From NCBI GenBank assembly GCA_951406725.2, contig OX597824.1:59210001-59274000 (forward strand): a DNA stretch of 64,000 nucleotides, written 5' to 3'. The notes under the pieces are model-generated. The model ran no database searches. It was given only the letters and a program-made list of their open reading frames with translations, and was not told the DNA's origin. The stretch is from Octopus vulgaris (lineage: Eukaryota). The number at the start of each line of letters is the position of its first letter. The first letter of the stretch is position 1. The translations under genes were made by a program, and so were the position numbers. Positions 15,344 through 29,339 of this stretch are shown piece after piece.

Positions 15344-15375
<32 letters not shown>

Positions 15376-15381
<6 letters not shown>

Positions 15382-16110
15382 TAATAAATAAAATATATGC
15401 ATACATACAAACATACATGTACGTACCTATATCTACATGTACATATACATGCATATATAAATATATGCGTGAGTACAGGACACCTCAACTAGATGTAGAA
15501 CTCAACGAGAAACGAAAACGGAAGAACAAGCATGGAACAAACCATTTTTTTACAACAGAAAAACAGAGTACAAGACAAACTACACAAGGAAAAATCCCCT
15601 TCATCAGCTGTCTCTAGTTCAACTCTAGCGTGTTTCGAAGGTAAGACAGAACACCACTCGTCGAAACTCGCCCTTCCTGCGAGAGAATTAAAATAAAATT
15701 ACTTCGCAGAGGGGTAAAAACAAGAAAGAAAAAAAATAAAATGTAACACAAACAGGACGTAAAAACGATACAAATGAAAATACAAAATAAATTACAAGAT
15801 AATAATACATGTACAAGAAAATACAATACGAGAAATAAAAATAAACAAGAAAGCAAACGAATGGCCTTTTTCTGGCTTAGACGGAGGAGATTCTGGCAGC
15901 GCAAAGGAAAGAAAATGTGTGTTCACTGTTTGAAGGCCGCATGTAAAAAGGAAGTAGTTTTGGCTAGCAATGACAAAGATGAGGAGGAGTGAGAGAGAGA
16001 GAGATAGAGGAAGACAAGAGGCTGAGAGAGAGATGAGGAAGAGTGAGAGAGAGAGAGAGAGAAGGGAAGATAAAGCAAAGAGATAAAGAATTTCGCGTCA
16101 TAATTAATAT
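15376..16110 (-). mobile_element. Non-coding repeat family A, second copy
   Basis: Reverse-complement homology to 1396-1745 plus a CT-rich 5' part. Confidence 0.75.
15596..15655 (-). ncRNA. Reversed-order hammerhead-like motif, family A
   Basis: Minus strand GTG-TT-CTGTCT ta CCTTC-GAAA-CAC ... AGACAG-CTGATGA-AGGGG; compensatory C-G to T-A change in helix I versus the 1470 copy. Confidence 0.7.
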
Positions 16111-16119
16111 ATAAAACAG

Positions 16120-16207
16120 TACTTCACCAGGTGTCTTGATTTCGAACCTGGGTTCTCATTCCTAATAATAATAATAATAATAACAACATCGAACATACCG
16201 TTCGATG

Positions 16208-16246
<39 letters not shown>

Positions 16247-16318
16247 TCACTGCCTGGAATCGAACTCGGAATCTTAGGGTTAGTAGCCCACGCTCTTAAC
16301 CACAACGCCATATTCCCG
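16120..16318 (-). mobile_element. tRNA-headed short element with internal (AAT)n hairpin
   Basis: A box tggcgttgtggttaag, B box gagttcgattcc; no complete acceptor stem. Confidence 0.6.
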
Positions 16319-17048
16319 TGATTGAGTTGCGTTATTAGACCGCCTGGTCTGGATAAAAACAGTAGCATCAGCTCCGAGCAGTATTTAACCATAAACAAAT
16401 TTTAGCTTAGTTCAAATATTTTTGTGAGATATTCATCTTCTAAAGGTATTTACCGTGAAGAAAAAATTTTTCCTTAAGTAATTTTTTTTTCTTGTGTTAA
16501 AGCTACGAGTTTGAATTTACCCAAGGCTAGCTCTTTTCGGGATATCCCATTGAAGTAGGTTGGAGGGCTAGAAACGCCGCATCTGGGAATCCGGTAGGGG
16601 GAAACCTCTGGGCAGCTGTGTTGGTTTTACACCTTTTACCATAACAGAGAATTTTTCTCCACGGTAACTGCAGTGATCCCAACCACGGATTTGCAGAGTA
16701 GAATTATGATGAAGCGTAACCCTGGACCGTGTCATAAGAATACTGGCAGCTCTTTACTAATCTAAAAAAATATAGTTAGCCTGGTGTGCCAACAGAGAGA
16801 TTATGGAGTATTTTGCCCGGATTGATAATCCCTCACTAGAGAACGATACAAATAGAGACCTCGTTGATACTTCAAAATTTCAGTTGTTTCTACAATTAAA
16901 TATAAATATTATTACCAACATAATTGCATAATTAATTAATTTGAATGAAGTTAATAAACAGCCAGGAAGTGAAATTAAAATATTAAAATAAAAACCCAGT
17001 TGCTGTTTTAATAAAACGTAGGTAAAATTAAATCTCACATGGGCACAC

Positions 17049-17113
<65 letters not shown>

Positions 17114-17290
17114 TGTATGTATTCCTTTATGTATGTAAAGAGAGACGCATAAATGCACGGCTACATAAAGACAAACACTCGGACTCACACACATACATAT
17201 ATATACATCTGTGCATAAATATTTATATACATATATGTATGTGTATATAAATATATATATATATATACAGAGAGATAGAGAGAGACAGAC

Positions 17291-17374
<84 letters not shown>

Positions 17375-17938
17375 GTTTTTTTTGTATAAAAATATATACG
17401 AATACACACATGTTTGCACACCACATGCATGTTTATGTCGTATTGAAACCGTAACGGTGTGTTGGTTTCCATACTTCTATCTTATACCCGGTTAGAGCAG
17501 TTAACTTATACGACTTACATTCATTAATTACATACGCAATGCTCACGAGGATGGAAACGATACTTACAGTACTGTACAATGATGAATTATAGCACAGATA
17601 AAATCTCGTAATTCTAAACAAAAATATACAACCGACTGATGAGTTAAATTTAACAGTCAACACTGTAAATTCCAGCGATAAGGTCTATACCATTCACTTC
17701 AACTCAGTAAAATATAAAGTGGCAGCATTACGTGCCAACGTTCTTTATCCTGAAGATGAAACCGTTGAAGTTTGGAAACGTAAATGATGGAGATGTAGGA
17801 AATTCATTGTTCCAAAAGATCTACGAGGAACTACAAAAAAATTTCGAAAAAATTCATAAAACAATATAATTCTGTAGTCATACTTTTGATGATACATTGA
17901 ATACGAAAATCTGTTATATACATTAAGTACGAAATCTG

Positions 17939-17976
<38 letters not shown>

Positions 17977-18180
17977 TTATTTAGTAGGTGAATGAATTAT
18001 CCTAGTATGGATAATTCGGTTAACCGATACCCGGGTAGCAAATTCACGTCAGAAAACACGGTTGAAGCTGCATGCCAAGGGCAGAAATCCCGTGTTCTCG
18101 AGTGGAAATTTGTGTTTTTTTTTTAACTATAAGTAAATGAAAGAATAGAGTCGAACGACGATTTTAACAAAATTTTTTTA

Positions 18181-18263
18181 CTCTTGACATATGTTTCGAA
18201 GACTGCATATTCTTAATTCCAAATGAATAAAGGGTGTATTATGCCGCCTTCTCATCAGGAAAG
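18181..18263 (-). ncRNA. Type I hammerhead with long helix II
   Basis: cttt c-CTGATGA-GAAGGCGGCATA...TATGCAGTCTTC-GAAA-CATATG-TC-aagag; palindromic helix III; lies in an element at about 17980-18370 between AT tracts. Confidence 0.75.
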
Positions 18264-18419
18264 ACAAGGAACCTATGTCAGCATCATGACGAACAAAAAC
18301 TTTTAGATGACTGCCCACATGGGGTCAACAGTGATAATGTTGACTGTTGACTCATTATCACTGTTGATAATATATATATATATATATGTATGTATATATA
18401 TATATATGTATATAATTCT

Positions 18420-18632
18420 TTCATTCTCTTTCTTGCTTCATTCATTTGCCATGCCGGGGCACCAGGTTGAAGGATTTTCGTCGAATATATCGACCTCAGG
18501 ATATTTTTCTTGAAGCCTAGTACTTATTATATCAGTCTTTTTGCCGAACCGCCAGTGGTACGCAGGCGCAAACACACCTTCACCGGTTGTCAACCACTGT
18601 TGATGGGGACAAACACACTCACACAGAAACAC
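18420..18632 (-). mobile_element. SINE family 1, 3' half
   Basis: Matches the reverse complement of 41595-41809. Confidence 0.7.
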
Positions 18633-18639
18633 TCATATA

Positions 18640-19820
18640 CAGGGTCGTAAGATATTTGAGGACAGATCTATGTTTATAAAAAAATAGATATATAATAAAA
18701 GATAACTTTATTTATTAGAAAATGCTATGACGATAAAAATAAACTTTCTTTTCTGTAATGTTATTCAATAAAGCCACCTTCAGCCTCAAAATCTGCTTCA
18801 ATATGAGAACTAAATCATGTTCATGCTCGAATCAAGTGATCCTCGTTTATTTTGGACATTTCTCTGACTACGGTAGCTTTCAAAGTTTCTTTGCTGTTAC
18901 GGGCATGTTCATTGACCTCTCAACAACGCTCCACATGTAATAGTCCAATGGATTGAGATCTGGGGAATCAGAAGGCCAAATGTTGGTGATTATGTGATCA
19001 CGAAATTTTCAGCCATCCATTTTTGTGTTACTAGAGCCATGTGTGATAGTGCAGATTCTTACTGAAACACATATGTCCTTCTATTGGTTGCACTGCCTAT
19101 CCAAGGCTCAAAATTAATTTCAAGAACCTCGATGTAAGCAGCAGAGTTAACTCCTTGTGGAAAGAAGTAAGGAAGCATCACATGTCCTTCATTGCTGACA
19201 ACCCCTAAAACGATGACAGTTGCAGGAGATTTTGTATGCATAACACTTGGAAATTCAGAAGGGTCTGCACATAATCATCTGTCATTTTTTCTGTTAACCT
19301 TTTGATCTTGGTGGAAGTTTTTCTCGTTTAAGAAAAACCAACTCAAATCTTCTTCTGCAGGTTTTTCAGTTTGTTTAAGAGCCCTTTAAATCTTATGTAG
19401 TGAATTTCTTGTGCTTTTCTAACAGATTGAACTTTCTTCATCATAGGACATTTCTGACTGTTCCTTCTGACATATGGAGATCTCTTGAACTTTCTGGGAT
19501 TGTAAACAATGGTCTGTTGAACTTGTTGGATAAACTCAGGTGCTCTGATGATTTCAGAGCGTTTAGAATGCTTTTTATGCTTTGATACTAGTGATACGTT
19601 TCCATCTTCAGTCTCTTGCTGCTTACAAACTTTGTAGACAAAATATCTGGCAACTTTTAAGAATAAAATTTTTTTTTAATCGCTTTTATAACCACAATAA
19701 CAGCATGTCTCTTAATTTCTTGAGTAAGGTGAGGGTCGGCCATTAATATTTTCTGAAACAAAGATTATACAGAGATAGCAAAAAATGCAGCAATGGCTCA
19801 ATAAACGTATGTCCTCAGGT
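18640..19820 (-). mobile_element. Decayed Tc1/mariner (maT/DD37D-like) DNA transposon
   Basis: WFF.NEKNFHQDQKVNRKNDR, VIVLGVVSNEG, YVFQ, WPSDSPDLNPLDYYMWSVVE; TIR-like cagggtcg...tgaggaca and partial counterpart tgtcctca near 19810. Confidence 0.85.
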
Positions 19821-20282
19821 AGCGATTTTCTTCACTACTTCAGGGAGGGACGACCCTACCTGACACGAGTCCCGGGCTCAGTTGGCTCCGGCTGACAGTA
19901 CCCGGTATGGACCTCTATCCAGGGATACGGAAAGGAGACAACCTTCAAAGAAATCAGGAGTGGAGCCCAGTAGGCGGTTTAGTGTTCGACTCGACACTCT
20001 TCCGGCAGCTCCTGCAACCAAGCTGGTGCCAAACGTAATGCTCTGCACTCCTTTGGACTACGTCAGCAAGGTCGAGAAGGGAATCCTAACGATTGGGCTA
20101 TCCAGGATTTTCTTACATCAAGCCCAGGCCTGCGCAAAACTGGAGAGGAAACTGGAGAGGACATGAAATGTAAAAACCAGACTGGATCAGTTTATGCGCA
20201 ACTCCATTGTCGCCCGAGATAGAAGGATACCAACAACAATATATAGATACATATATGCATATATATATATACATATATATAT

Positions 20283-20430
20283 ACGACGGTCTTCATTCAC
20301 TTTCTGTCTACCAAATCCATTTGTAAGGCTGTGGTCGGCCGAAGGCTGTCGAAGAAGACCCTTGCTCAAGGTGTCACTCAGTGGGACTTAACCCAGAACC
20401 ATATGGTTCGGAAGCATGATTGTTACCATT
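20283..20430 (-). mobile_element. SINE family 1 fragment
   Basis: Matches the reverse complement of 41366-41492. Confidence 0.7.
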
Positions 20431-20617
20431 CATATTTGATAAGCGCCAAAGCACGATACTCTCGAAATTTGAGTCACTCTTTTACTTCTGTCAAATATTG
20501 ATATAACTATACATATACTCATATTTTAATTTCTAATTTTTCTTGTTTATATAAAGGACCTGTATATATATGATATATATATATAAATATGTATGTATGT
20601 ATATGTATGTATATATA

Positions 20618-20875
20618 TTCGGCTCACGATCCTAGGGTCGCGAGTTCGATTACCGGCGACGCTTTGGGACATTGAGTATGAACTATATCTCACGGTACTC
20701 CAGTAGTACCTGTTTTCAAAGGGCCAGCCTTGTCAAACTCTATGTTATGATGATTCTCACTGAGAAGTATTTGAAGGGGTACGCGTGCCCGTGGAGTGCT
20801 CAACCCCTTGCACGTTAATCTCACGAGCAAGCTTTTCCATTGATCGTATCAGTTGGGATGCTCGTCATTGGGACA
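20618..20875 (+). mobile_element. tRNA-derived SINE fragment (separate family)
   Basis: B-box-like gcgagttcgattacc followed by SINE-like body, between microsatellites. Confidence 0.5.
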
Positions 20876-20887
20876 CAAATATATATA

Positions 20888-20932
<45 letters not shown>

Positions 20933-21815
20933 CTTTATATATATATATATACATATGTATATATACGTATGTATATATACATATATGTAATTATATATAT
21001 ATACGTATATATGTATATGCATGTATGTATGTATGTATGTATATATGTATGTATGTATCTATGTATATATGTCACAAAAACTAATAGGAAAATGCGAAAA
21101 GTAGAGGCTAAAACTTGAACTTAGTTGTCTGTATAATGAAGCACACACGGACACACACCCAAGTACGAACACATACAAACATACACGACCGTGTCTAAGT
21201 TTTATCTTATTGATTGTAGATTCTTTGAATTTTCTTCGTAGATTTTAACACGCGCGCACGTGCATATTTACGCATTCATACATATCTACGTACATATATA
21301 CATACATACACACATGTATACACACACACACACACACTCATTAAGACACATATACACACAAGCTCACACACACACACACACACACATACACATATTGACC
21401 TCCAAAATATAGAGCTTTTGTGTCTAGTCGGAGAGAAAAAAATGGAAGTTCCTGTACGAAGAAGGAGCGTTTGTCTTAGTACAACTGTTGTTTGTCATAT
21501 AGTAAGGAGCGGTAAAGGGGAAGTGTGGTAGTAAAAAACATTTAGATGTTACTAGTGTAGATACGAAGACGTTAGAACTAGCGGGCATTTTCTTTCTTTT
21601 CATGTAGAATTTTAAGATAAGCAAAAAGTAAAATAAATAAATTCTACATCGAATTGAGGCAAAAAAAGAAATATGTCTGCGTCCACACATCAAAAGAATA
21701 CCACTTGAAGGCGTGTGTGAGACGATAAGATGTTGAGGGACATGAGGCCGCGTAAGTACACGCCCGATCAGATGTGTGTATAACACGGATATAAATATAT
21801 ATATATAAATGTGTG

Positions 21816-21919
<104 letters not shown>

Positions 21920-22125
21920 TGCTTGGAAATGTATTGGTTATCTGAAAATCTTTAATATTCCACGTGCAGCTTACATAAAGAGTTAAATAAGAATAAAGTC
22001 TCTTAGTCGTACAATGTTATGTTTGTTTGTGTTTGTCCCTAAGTGTGTATTTCTGTGTTGTTCTAGTTTGGGGCATTATGTCCATATGTTAGTCTCTATG
22101 CTAAAAGTATGTATGTATGTATGTA

Positions 22126-22183
<58 letters not shown>

Positions 22184-22325
22184 CAGATAGATTTAAAACA
22201 GAAAGAGGCAAGCCTTAACAGGTCGCCATACATACTAGAAGGAACAGTCAAAAAGTCCAAACCACAGTTAAGAGCAATTTCAAAGGGAATCAAAAATAAA
22301 AACATTTACCATGCTTTACGTACAG

Positions 22326-22393
22326 TCGGACCTTAGGTTTCGAACTTTAATTAGTAAATAAAATAATTTGCAAGGCGAAGTTCTCATCAGCGG
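22326..22393 (-). ncRNA. Type I hammerhead with long helix II
   Basis: cg-CTGATGA-GAACTT...AAGTTC-GAAA-CCTAAGG-TC-cg; helix I short. Confidence 0.65.
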
Positions 22394-22560
22394 ATACGCC
22401 GAAACATTAACATTTAAATTAGAGATAAAATAACATGTGTCTCATTCTTATGTGTACTCTAATTTTTATATGAAAAATATGTCTAATGATGCCTATTGAC
22501 TTTGTATACATGCTAGGCCACTGGCAGAAAAAAAATTTCTGTAATTATTCCTACTCTATA

Positions 22561-22625
<65 letters not shown>

Positions 22626-22669
22626 TGTATGTATGTATGTATGTATGTATGTATGTATGTATGTATACA

Positions 22670-22728
<59 letters not shown>

Positions 22729-22786
22729 TTATGTATATACATATACACACACACACACACATATATACACATATATATGTATATAC

Positions 22787-22818
<32 letters not shown>

Positions 22819-23157
22819 TAGCAATGCATCCCGGCGTTTCCCGGTTGTTATGTCCTACAAGTACATTGTATTAAATGATCCTTTCTTATGGGCAGAATCG
22901 GCACAGCTGAGACATAGTTAATGGAATAATGGGAGTTATCGTTTGTTTAATGCTGAAGGGCATGGGTACAATTTGCAGTAATGTGCTTTCTGGTCTTAAG
23001 AAGGATCAGAAACTATGTATTGTTTCATCGATTTTGTCCACAAATCACGTTTTAAATATTTAAATTTCCCCCCTATCCCCAACGCAATTTCTTAATTGTT
23101 AACTTTTTTAACGAATTTTTTGTTATCTACGTAGAAAAATACAGAGATTACGAATCT

Positions 23158-24010
23158 TATAGAAATTAAATATAAAATTAAATATAAAATATAAATTACA
23201 AAGTGGGACAAGAACGCAAAATCACACAAAGAGACGACACAAAAAAACAGACGGGTCACTCGAAGCCTCTAATCTTCAGTCGGGAACCGGATTATCTTAG
23301 TAATTTCGGCTGTTTAATCTCGATATTAATCCGAACCGGCCAGCCCCAAGGAAAAACCAAGCCACAGGCATTGGATTTCTTAGAAAGAGGATCGAATGTA
23401 TACGAAACAAAGACAGGATGCCACACGAAACAAAAATAGAAATAAAAAACAGAAATAAAAAACACGAATGGTGGACAGTACAAGGACAGGGGCGTCTTAC
23501 GACTTTAGACAATTTTTAACTTATCTTGGCTGGCGTATATGAAAAAAGCCTTTACGGCAAAAACGAAAACAACGTTAACGTGGCCGCGGTCAAGCCGAAA
23601 AGACCAGTTTGAACGCGGTCACGTGAGAGCACGGAAGAAAGAGAAAGAAAAAGAAAGGCAGGGAGCAAGGAGTTAAAGAGAGAGGGAAAGAAAGGGACGA
23701 AGGCACCGGGGGAGAGAGAGAGAGAGAGAGAAAGAAGGGAGTAATCAGAGAGGGGAGAAGAAACAGGATTGGCACAGCAATAGAAATGAAGGTGCAAATG
23801 AGAATGGGGGAAGAATCAGAGGCAAGGAAAGAGAAAGACACATACTGTAGAGAGAGTGTGTGTAAAGACGTCGTACAAGGTAAAAATGTGTGTATACATA
23901 GGAGACAGGGGTACGTTACGCCGCAATAATATATGTATAGAAATTAAATATAAAATATAAATTACAAAGTGGGACAAGAACGCAAAAACACACAAAGAGA
24001 CGACACAAAA
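23158..24010 (-). mobile_element. Non-coding repeat family D with terminal direct repeats (period about 766 bp)
   Basis: About 23180-23244 is repeated at about 23946-24010; homologous to 37640-38445. Confidence 0.75.
23264..23328 (-). ncRNA. Reversed-order hammerhead-like motif, family D
   Basis: Minus strand TAA-TA-TCGAGA..AGCC-GAAA-TTA ... TCCCGA-CTGAAGA-ttaga-GGCT. Confidence 0.6.
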
Positions 24011-24027
24011 TATATATATAGATATAT

Positions 24028-24076
24028 ACTAGCATTAAAGACCCGTCGTTGCCGGGTCATAGTGCTAGTGCATGTA

Positions 24077-24137
<61 letters not shown>

Positions 24138-24800
24138 ACATATTACATGTACATCTATATATATACATTTACACATAAAATGCAAAATACGAAATTATAT
24201 CTTGATATCGCTAGTGATAACAATACTCAAAATATATAACAGACTGGAATTGTTAGCTCTTCTCTTTTCTCTACATTGTATACTTTATAGACAATAGTCT
24301 TTTCTTTAATTTAATTTTTTATTATCCATCTGGACTATTCCATTTCTGCACGCTAATTTTATTTTTTAATTTATTCCCATTCATGTGAAACCACTTATTC
24401 AAGTTCAAGTCATTGATGCAATTTTATACTAATTGCTATTTTTACTTTTGTACGTTACAATTATATTATACTTTAGTTTGATTTTAATTATTACTTACTA
24501 TATATAATTCAATTGTTATTATTATTTTTATTGTTAAAGTGAAAGCATCTGACATAAAATAGAGAAATATTTTTGTTTCACTTTTAACACGTAATACTGA
24601 AATAGTGAAGATATGATATTGCTATAGGCTTGCTCTAGGAAAGAAGTTGAACATTTTTTGCCCATGTAACTACATGGACCCTAAGTAAGGTATGTGTAAA
24701 ATTTGAATGAAATTGGTTGTGTAGTTCTCAAGTTTTAGGGAAACACACAGACGGACAGACAGACAGACACACATTCTCAGTTTTATATATATAAAGATAT
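24028..24800 (+). mobile_element. Possible non-autonomous Helentron/DINE-like element
   Basis: Hairpin actagcatt..gacccg/cgggtc..agtgctagt at the 5' end and (GACA)n...ttttatatatat 3' end; similar start at about 22818. Confidence 0.4.
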
Positions 24801-24985
24801 ATATATATATATGCAAAATTTATATTTTTATATGATATATTTATATATTATTAAATTTTTAAATTTTTAAATGTCGGGCTTTATAGATATAAATGAGTAT
24901 ATGAAGATTTGTATGTGTTTGATCATCCTGTGGATTTTCTGATGTTCCTGTGATTGTTGCTCACATTGCCTCCCCTCGGATAAAA

Positions 24986-25035
<50 letters not shown>

Positions 25036-26439
25036 GTATGTATGCATGTATGTATGTATGTATATGTATATATATGTATGTATATATATGCTCATTTTTT
25101 ATAGTTTAATTTTTCTTAAAGAAAGACTCAATGCCCTTTCCTCCATCTAGCCCACCCATCACCTACCAGCTTTCAAAAAGCTAAAATCTCCCAATCTTTC
25201 ACTTTTGGCTGATGTTTCTCCGCATGCGTAGAATTCTACTGAAATAGCAGACTTAAAAAATACCAGACCACCATCAGACATGCTAGAATCAACAGGTAAA
25301 CAACATTATCTATGAACAAACTTCCCCGTTTTCCAAACAGCTGAAAGTGAAACATTGGGAGTATCTAGCTTTTTGAAAGTGGTGAGATGATGGATAAATT
25401 TCTTTAAAATTCGTACTTTCTATGTATTAGCAAGAATAAAAATTTGAAAAAAGTCGAAAATGAATTTGGTGTGGAGAGGGAGAAAATTAGAATATTGCGA
25501 ACGTATTTTATGGGTGAAATCGTAATCACCTGTATCGCAAGCATAATAATCGGAAGAAATTTAGGAAAAAAATAATAAGATAGGAGAGACGGAAATGTCA
25601 CCTCGGACATGCTAGAAAGAAGAGGTAAAGGACAGAATTCTGGGGAAACTTCCTTTTAAGTTTATATCGAAGATCAGGTTTTTAAATATGCTCATCACAA
25701 ACACAAATTACACAATAGACAAAGATGAAACGATACTCATCTTGTCCATTCCATAGAATAAGAATATACCGGAGAGCTTGATAAGAGGAATGAGTCTGTG
25801 AAACACTTTTATTGTTGTTGTATCGAACACGAATGATAATATTATGATTTTCATGGGGATCACAACCATAAAGATGGCTACTTCATTAGATGTGAGCTCA
25901 TTAAAACAGCGTAAAATGTTCTTAACTATAGTTTACTATAGACGTATGGAACGCAGAAACACACTCATAGAATTGATAATATTGAATACAGCCAAATGTA
26001 CACATACGAAGTTCAAGCGAAACGAAATGTAGTCACTATAGGTGCAAAACATACTTTCTGTAGCATAGTTATTCTATAAAAAATGGAAAATCACCAATTT
26101 AGCAAAAGTTACTATGCGTCACCAATGTAACAAAGTACAGAAAGTCAACATTTATTTGGAAAACGTACTAAATGTTATAAAATTTACGATTGAATGTCAC
26201 AGTGAAGAAAGTGAAAGTCCAAGAAAATTCAGAAGGCATAATTCAATTTTTCATACAAAAATAATTTATTTTACAATTTTGAAATACGCTGAACCAAGTG
26301 TATAAAAAGGAAGATGCTGTTGTTGTGAATGTTAATTTAAAATATTTGCTGAAGGATTTGTGTAGCAAGATATAAATTAATTTGACATTACTATATATTT
26401 TTGAAGTGTGTAATGTTATAGGCTGTAGAATAAACACTG

Positions 26440-27310
26440 ACTAACGCAGTAAAAAGGCTAAAACGAAGAAGGGTAAGGTCCAGATACTTCACTCTCATTA
26501 TGCCAAACCCATGGCCTCTAAGTACCTTGTTCAACATTCTGATAGCTGACTTGGTGAGGGTGATGGGGAATGTGTCTCGCATGTACGGCCTTATGGAATT
26601 GGAAAGACACATACAACCTTTTATCCACCGCATGCAGTTCCCTGGCTATAACCGAAGGGACAGGATTAAGGTGTAAAAATAAGTCAGGATTAATTGCAAC
26701 ACCATCATAGAGAGTGTTGCTAAGGGGATCTTCCCGCTGTACAGGAGTAGATCTTGGAACAGCACGGAAAGGAACAGTAATAAGATAAATAAGCTCAACA
26801 TTTATCAGTGTCATGTTCGTTGATGTTACCCCGGCGGCGAATTATCACACCTTTTTAGAAAAACCATTATGGCTTATCTACGAAATAAAGTAGTAGAGAG
26901 GCCTGGTGCCCCTTTAAAATCCCCGATCTGCAATACCTATCCCTTTGGTAAGTCTCCCTGTACGGAGTACAATTGTGTTGTAGGTAGGACGAACCCACCG
27001 GTTAACTGTAAGGTTAGGAATGTAGTGTATAGCTTACGATGTACTGAGGGACGGCACAGAAACATGACAGCTACCTACATTGGAGAGACTGCACGCAGCA
27101 TAGGAGAGCGTATAGGTGTCCATTCGCTAGAGCTCAAACAAGGGAAAAGTTCGTCAATGCTCTACCAACATGCTCGATTAATAGCATAAAGGTTAAAGTA
27201 CTATCGACACATAGAACTGACACGATACTTAGGTTACAGAAGCTACACACATAACAGTAGACAGACCGATCCTCAATAGAAAATACGAATGGAACAGTAA
27301 CACCCACCAC
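26440..27310 (+). mobile_element. Penelope-like element 3' remnant (thumb, Cys linker, GIY-YIG endonuclease)
   Basis: FNILIADLVRVMGNVS, HRMQFPGY, KVVERPG, CKVRNVVYSLRC...TYIGETARSIGERIGVH; homologous to the 8860-9450 region. Confidence 0.88.
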
Positions 27311-28542
27311 TACACTACACCACACCACATGACTAAAGACAGTAGGGATGAGAAGAAAGAAAGAAAAGGGAAAGAAGCGTAGATAATACACAGAAACATA
27401 CAGTGTAATACACGCACAATGAACATATATGCACTTACCTGTGATACTTGTGAAAAATAGAGATAGATGTATAAAATAAAGAAATAAAGAAATATATAAC
27501 TAGATAAATAAATATATCTGTCACATACCTGTGATAAATTTAAAACAGAAATAAAAATTATATAAAAGGCCACATACGAAGCGAACCCATACACACCCAT
27601 GAAAATTCATGGACGGCCATAACAATGTCAACAACTCAACTAACACGGTCAGCAGCAGCGGCGGTGCCAACAATGGCAATAACAACAACAACGACTACCG
27701 CGATGGTAGCGCCATAGACGAACAGTATACAGGAATACGCAGAGGGATACAGGAACTGTATCATATTTATTTTCGGGTCTTAGGACAGTGGCGGCACAAT
27801 GAGGTGAGAGGATGTGGCTGAGGAGAAGGCCACACTGCTGCTAAAAAACTATGACACACACACATGCACTCAAACAAGGACACAAATGCATGTGCACAGA
27901 AGGTTAAACATCTTAGAAGAACAGAATAGAGTATGTGGAGCAAGAACACACAAGAAAACGAAAAGTGTCTCTAAAGAGGTCACAGATGTGCGACGACAGA
28001 TTTCCGGACAATGGACATGAGTTAGAATAATAAAATAAGAACAGTAATAAACGAGTGAGGAGAAAAATATATAGTGCGTGTGTTTATTTGGCAAAAAAAA
28101 ATTTAAATTACCATCCCCCGAAATACAACAATATATATATCAAGGAAGAGAGGAAAATACATATTCACATGCATATTCTGTGTGATTTTGTGGTCAAGCT
28201 GTACGACACGATTACATTTCTTTGAATAACACACTTCATTTCAGGGTGCTTCAATTTAATCAACTTTAAATGAGGACCAGCTAGCGAAGTGGTTCATACT
28301 TCTTTTCCTCCAGCAGTCAGATCCTGAATGATACGCAGTGTTAAGACTTGGAGAGCAGGAAAAAGTGTTTATTTCTGTTTGCTATTGATGGACACCTAAA
28401 CATCTAAAACAATTGACGAAAGTGTGGAACCCTACCGTAAGGAAACCGGTCGTACTCACTTATGAGTAACGACAGTTATACATTTTTACACACACTCACA
28501 CTAACACGTACACTCATATTTGCATTATTTAATAACCGCTTA

Positions 28543-28760
28543 AGGCAGTGAGCTTGCAGAATCGTTAACACGCTGTGCAGAAATGCTTAAGGGCATTTAG
28601 TTTACCTTTACATTCTGAATTCAAATTCTGCCGAGACCGACTTTGCTTTTCATGGTTTTGGACGCGATGAAATAAGTTCCAGTCAAACAATGGGGACGAT
28701 GTAATCGACTAATCCCCCTCCACACAATTTCTGGCCTTATGTCTATAATGGAAAGGATTA
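28543..28760 (+). mobile_element. SINE family 2
   Basis: ggcagtgagcttgcagaatcgttaa...ttcaaattctgccgagaccgactttgcttttcat. Confidence 0.75.
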
Positions 28761-29285
28761 TTTAATAACCATTTGAATCAGCTCTATATGACCTAAAATT
28801 GTGTGGGCTCAGAGGAGAGTACATCAGGTATTTTAGTGAAGAGTTATTGAATCCGAAACAAATTTGAGATGTTAGGCTTCAATTGGTCGATTCAGATCAC
28901 GCGCTGCGAAAGCGACATCAGTTTTTTTTTTATAATAAAGCCTACGTGCTCGGACAAGTTGAGAGCAGGTAGCTGTTGCCACTGTGTCTGTCTGGTGCGA
29001 TATTGTATGTATTTCGCGATATTAGTTCAAAGCATTTCAAGCCCACAAATGGTAAGGTGGAGTTGTGGCGGTGATGATAGTTCATGGAGAATTAACACAT
29101 TAGCGGCAGCAGTCTTTACGTGCTAGGGCTAAGTACTACTGAGTACTAAGTACCATTTACTTTCTTTTGTTTGTTCACTCACTCGCATGTGCTTGTGCGT
29201 GCTTGCGTGTGTGTGTGTGTGTGTGTGTGTTTGTGTGTGTTTGTGTGTGTGTGTGTGCGTGTGTGTGAGTGTGTATGTGTGTGTT

Positions 29286-29322
<37 letters not shown>

Positions 29323-29339
29323 GAGCGTGCGTGTGCGTA

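Noticed and set aside
17744-17788. CTGAAGA...GAAACGTA possible minimal HHR
   Set aside because: Helix I does not pair convincingly and there is no second copy
19860-20230. GC-richer segment resembling a LINE 5' UTR, with a 94-aa ORF
   Set aside because: No diagnostic motif recognised
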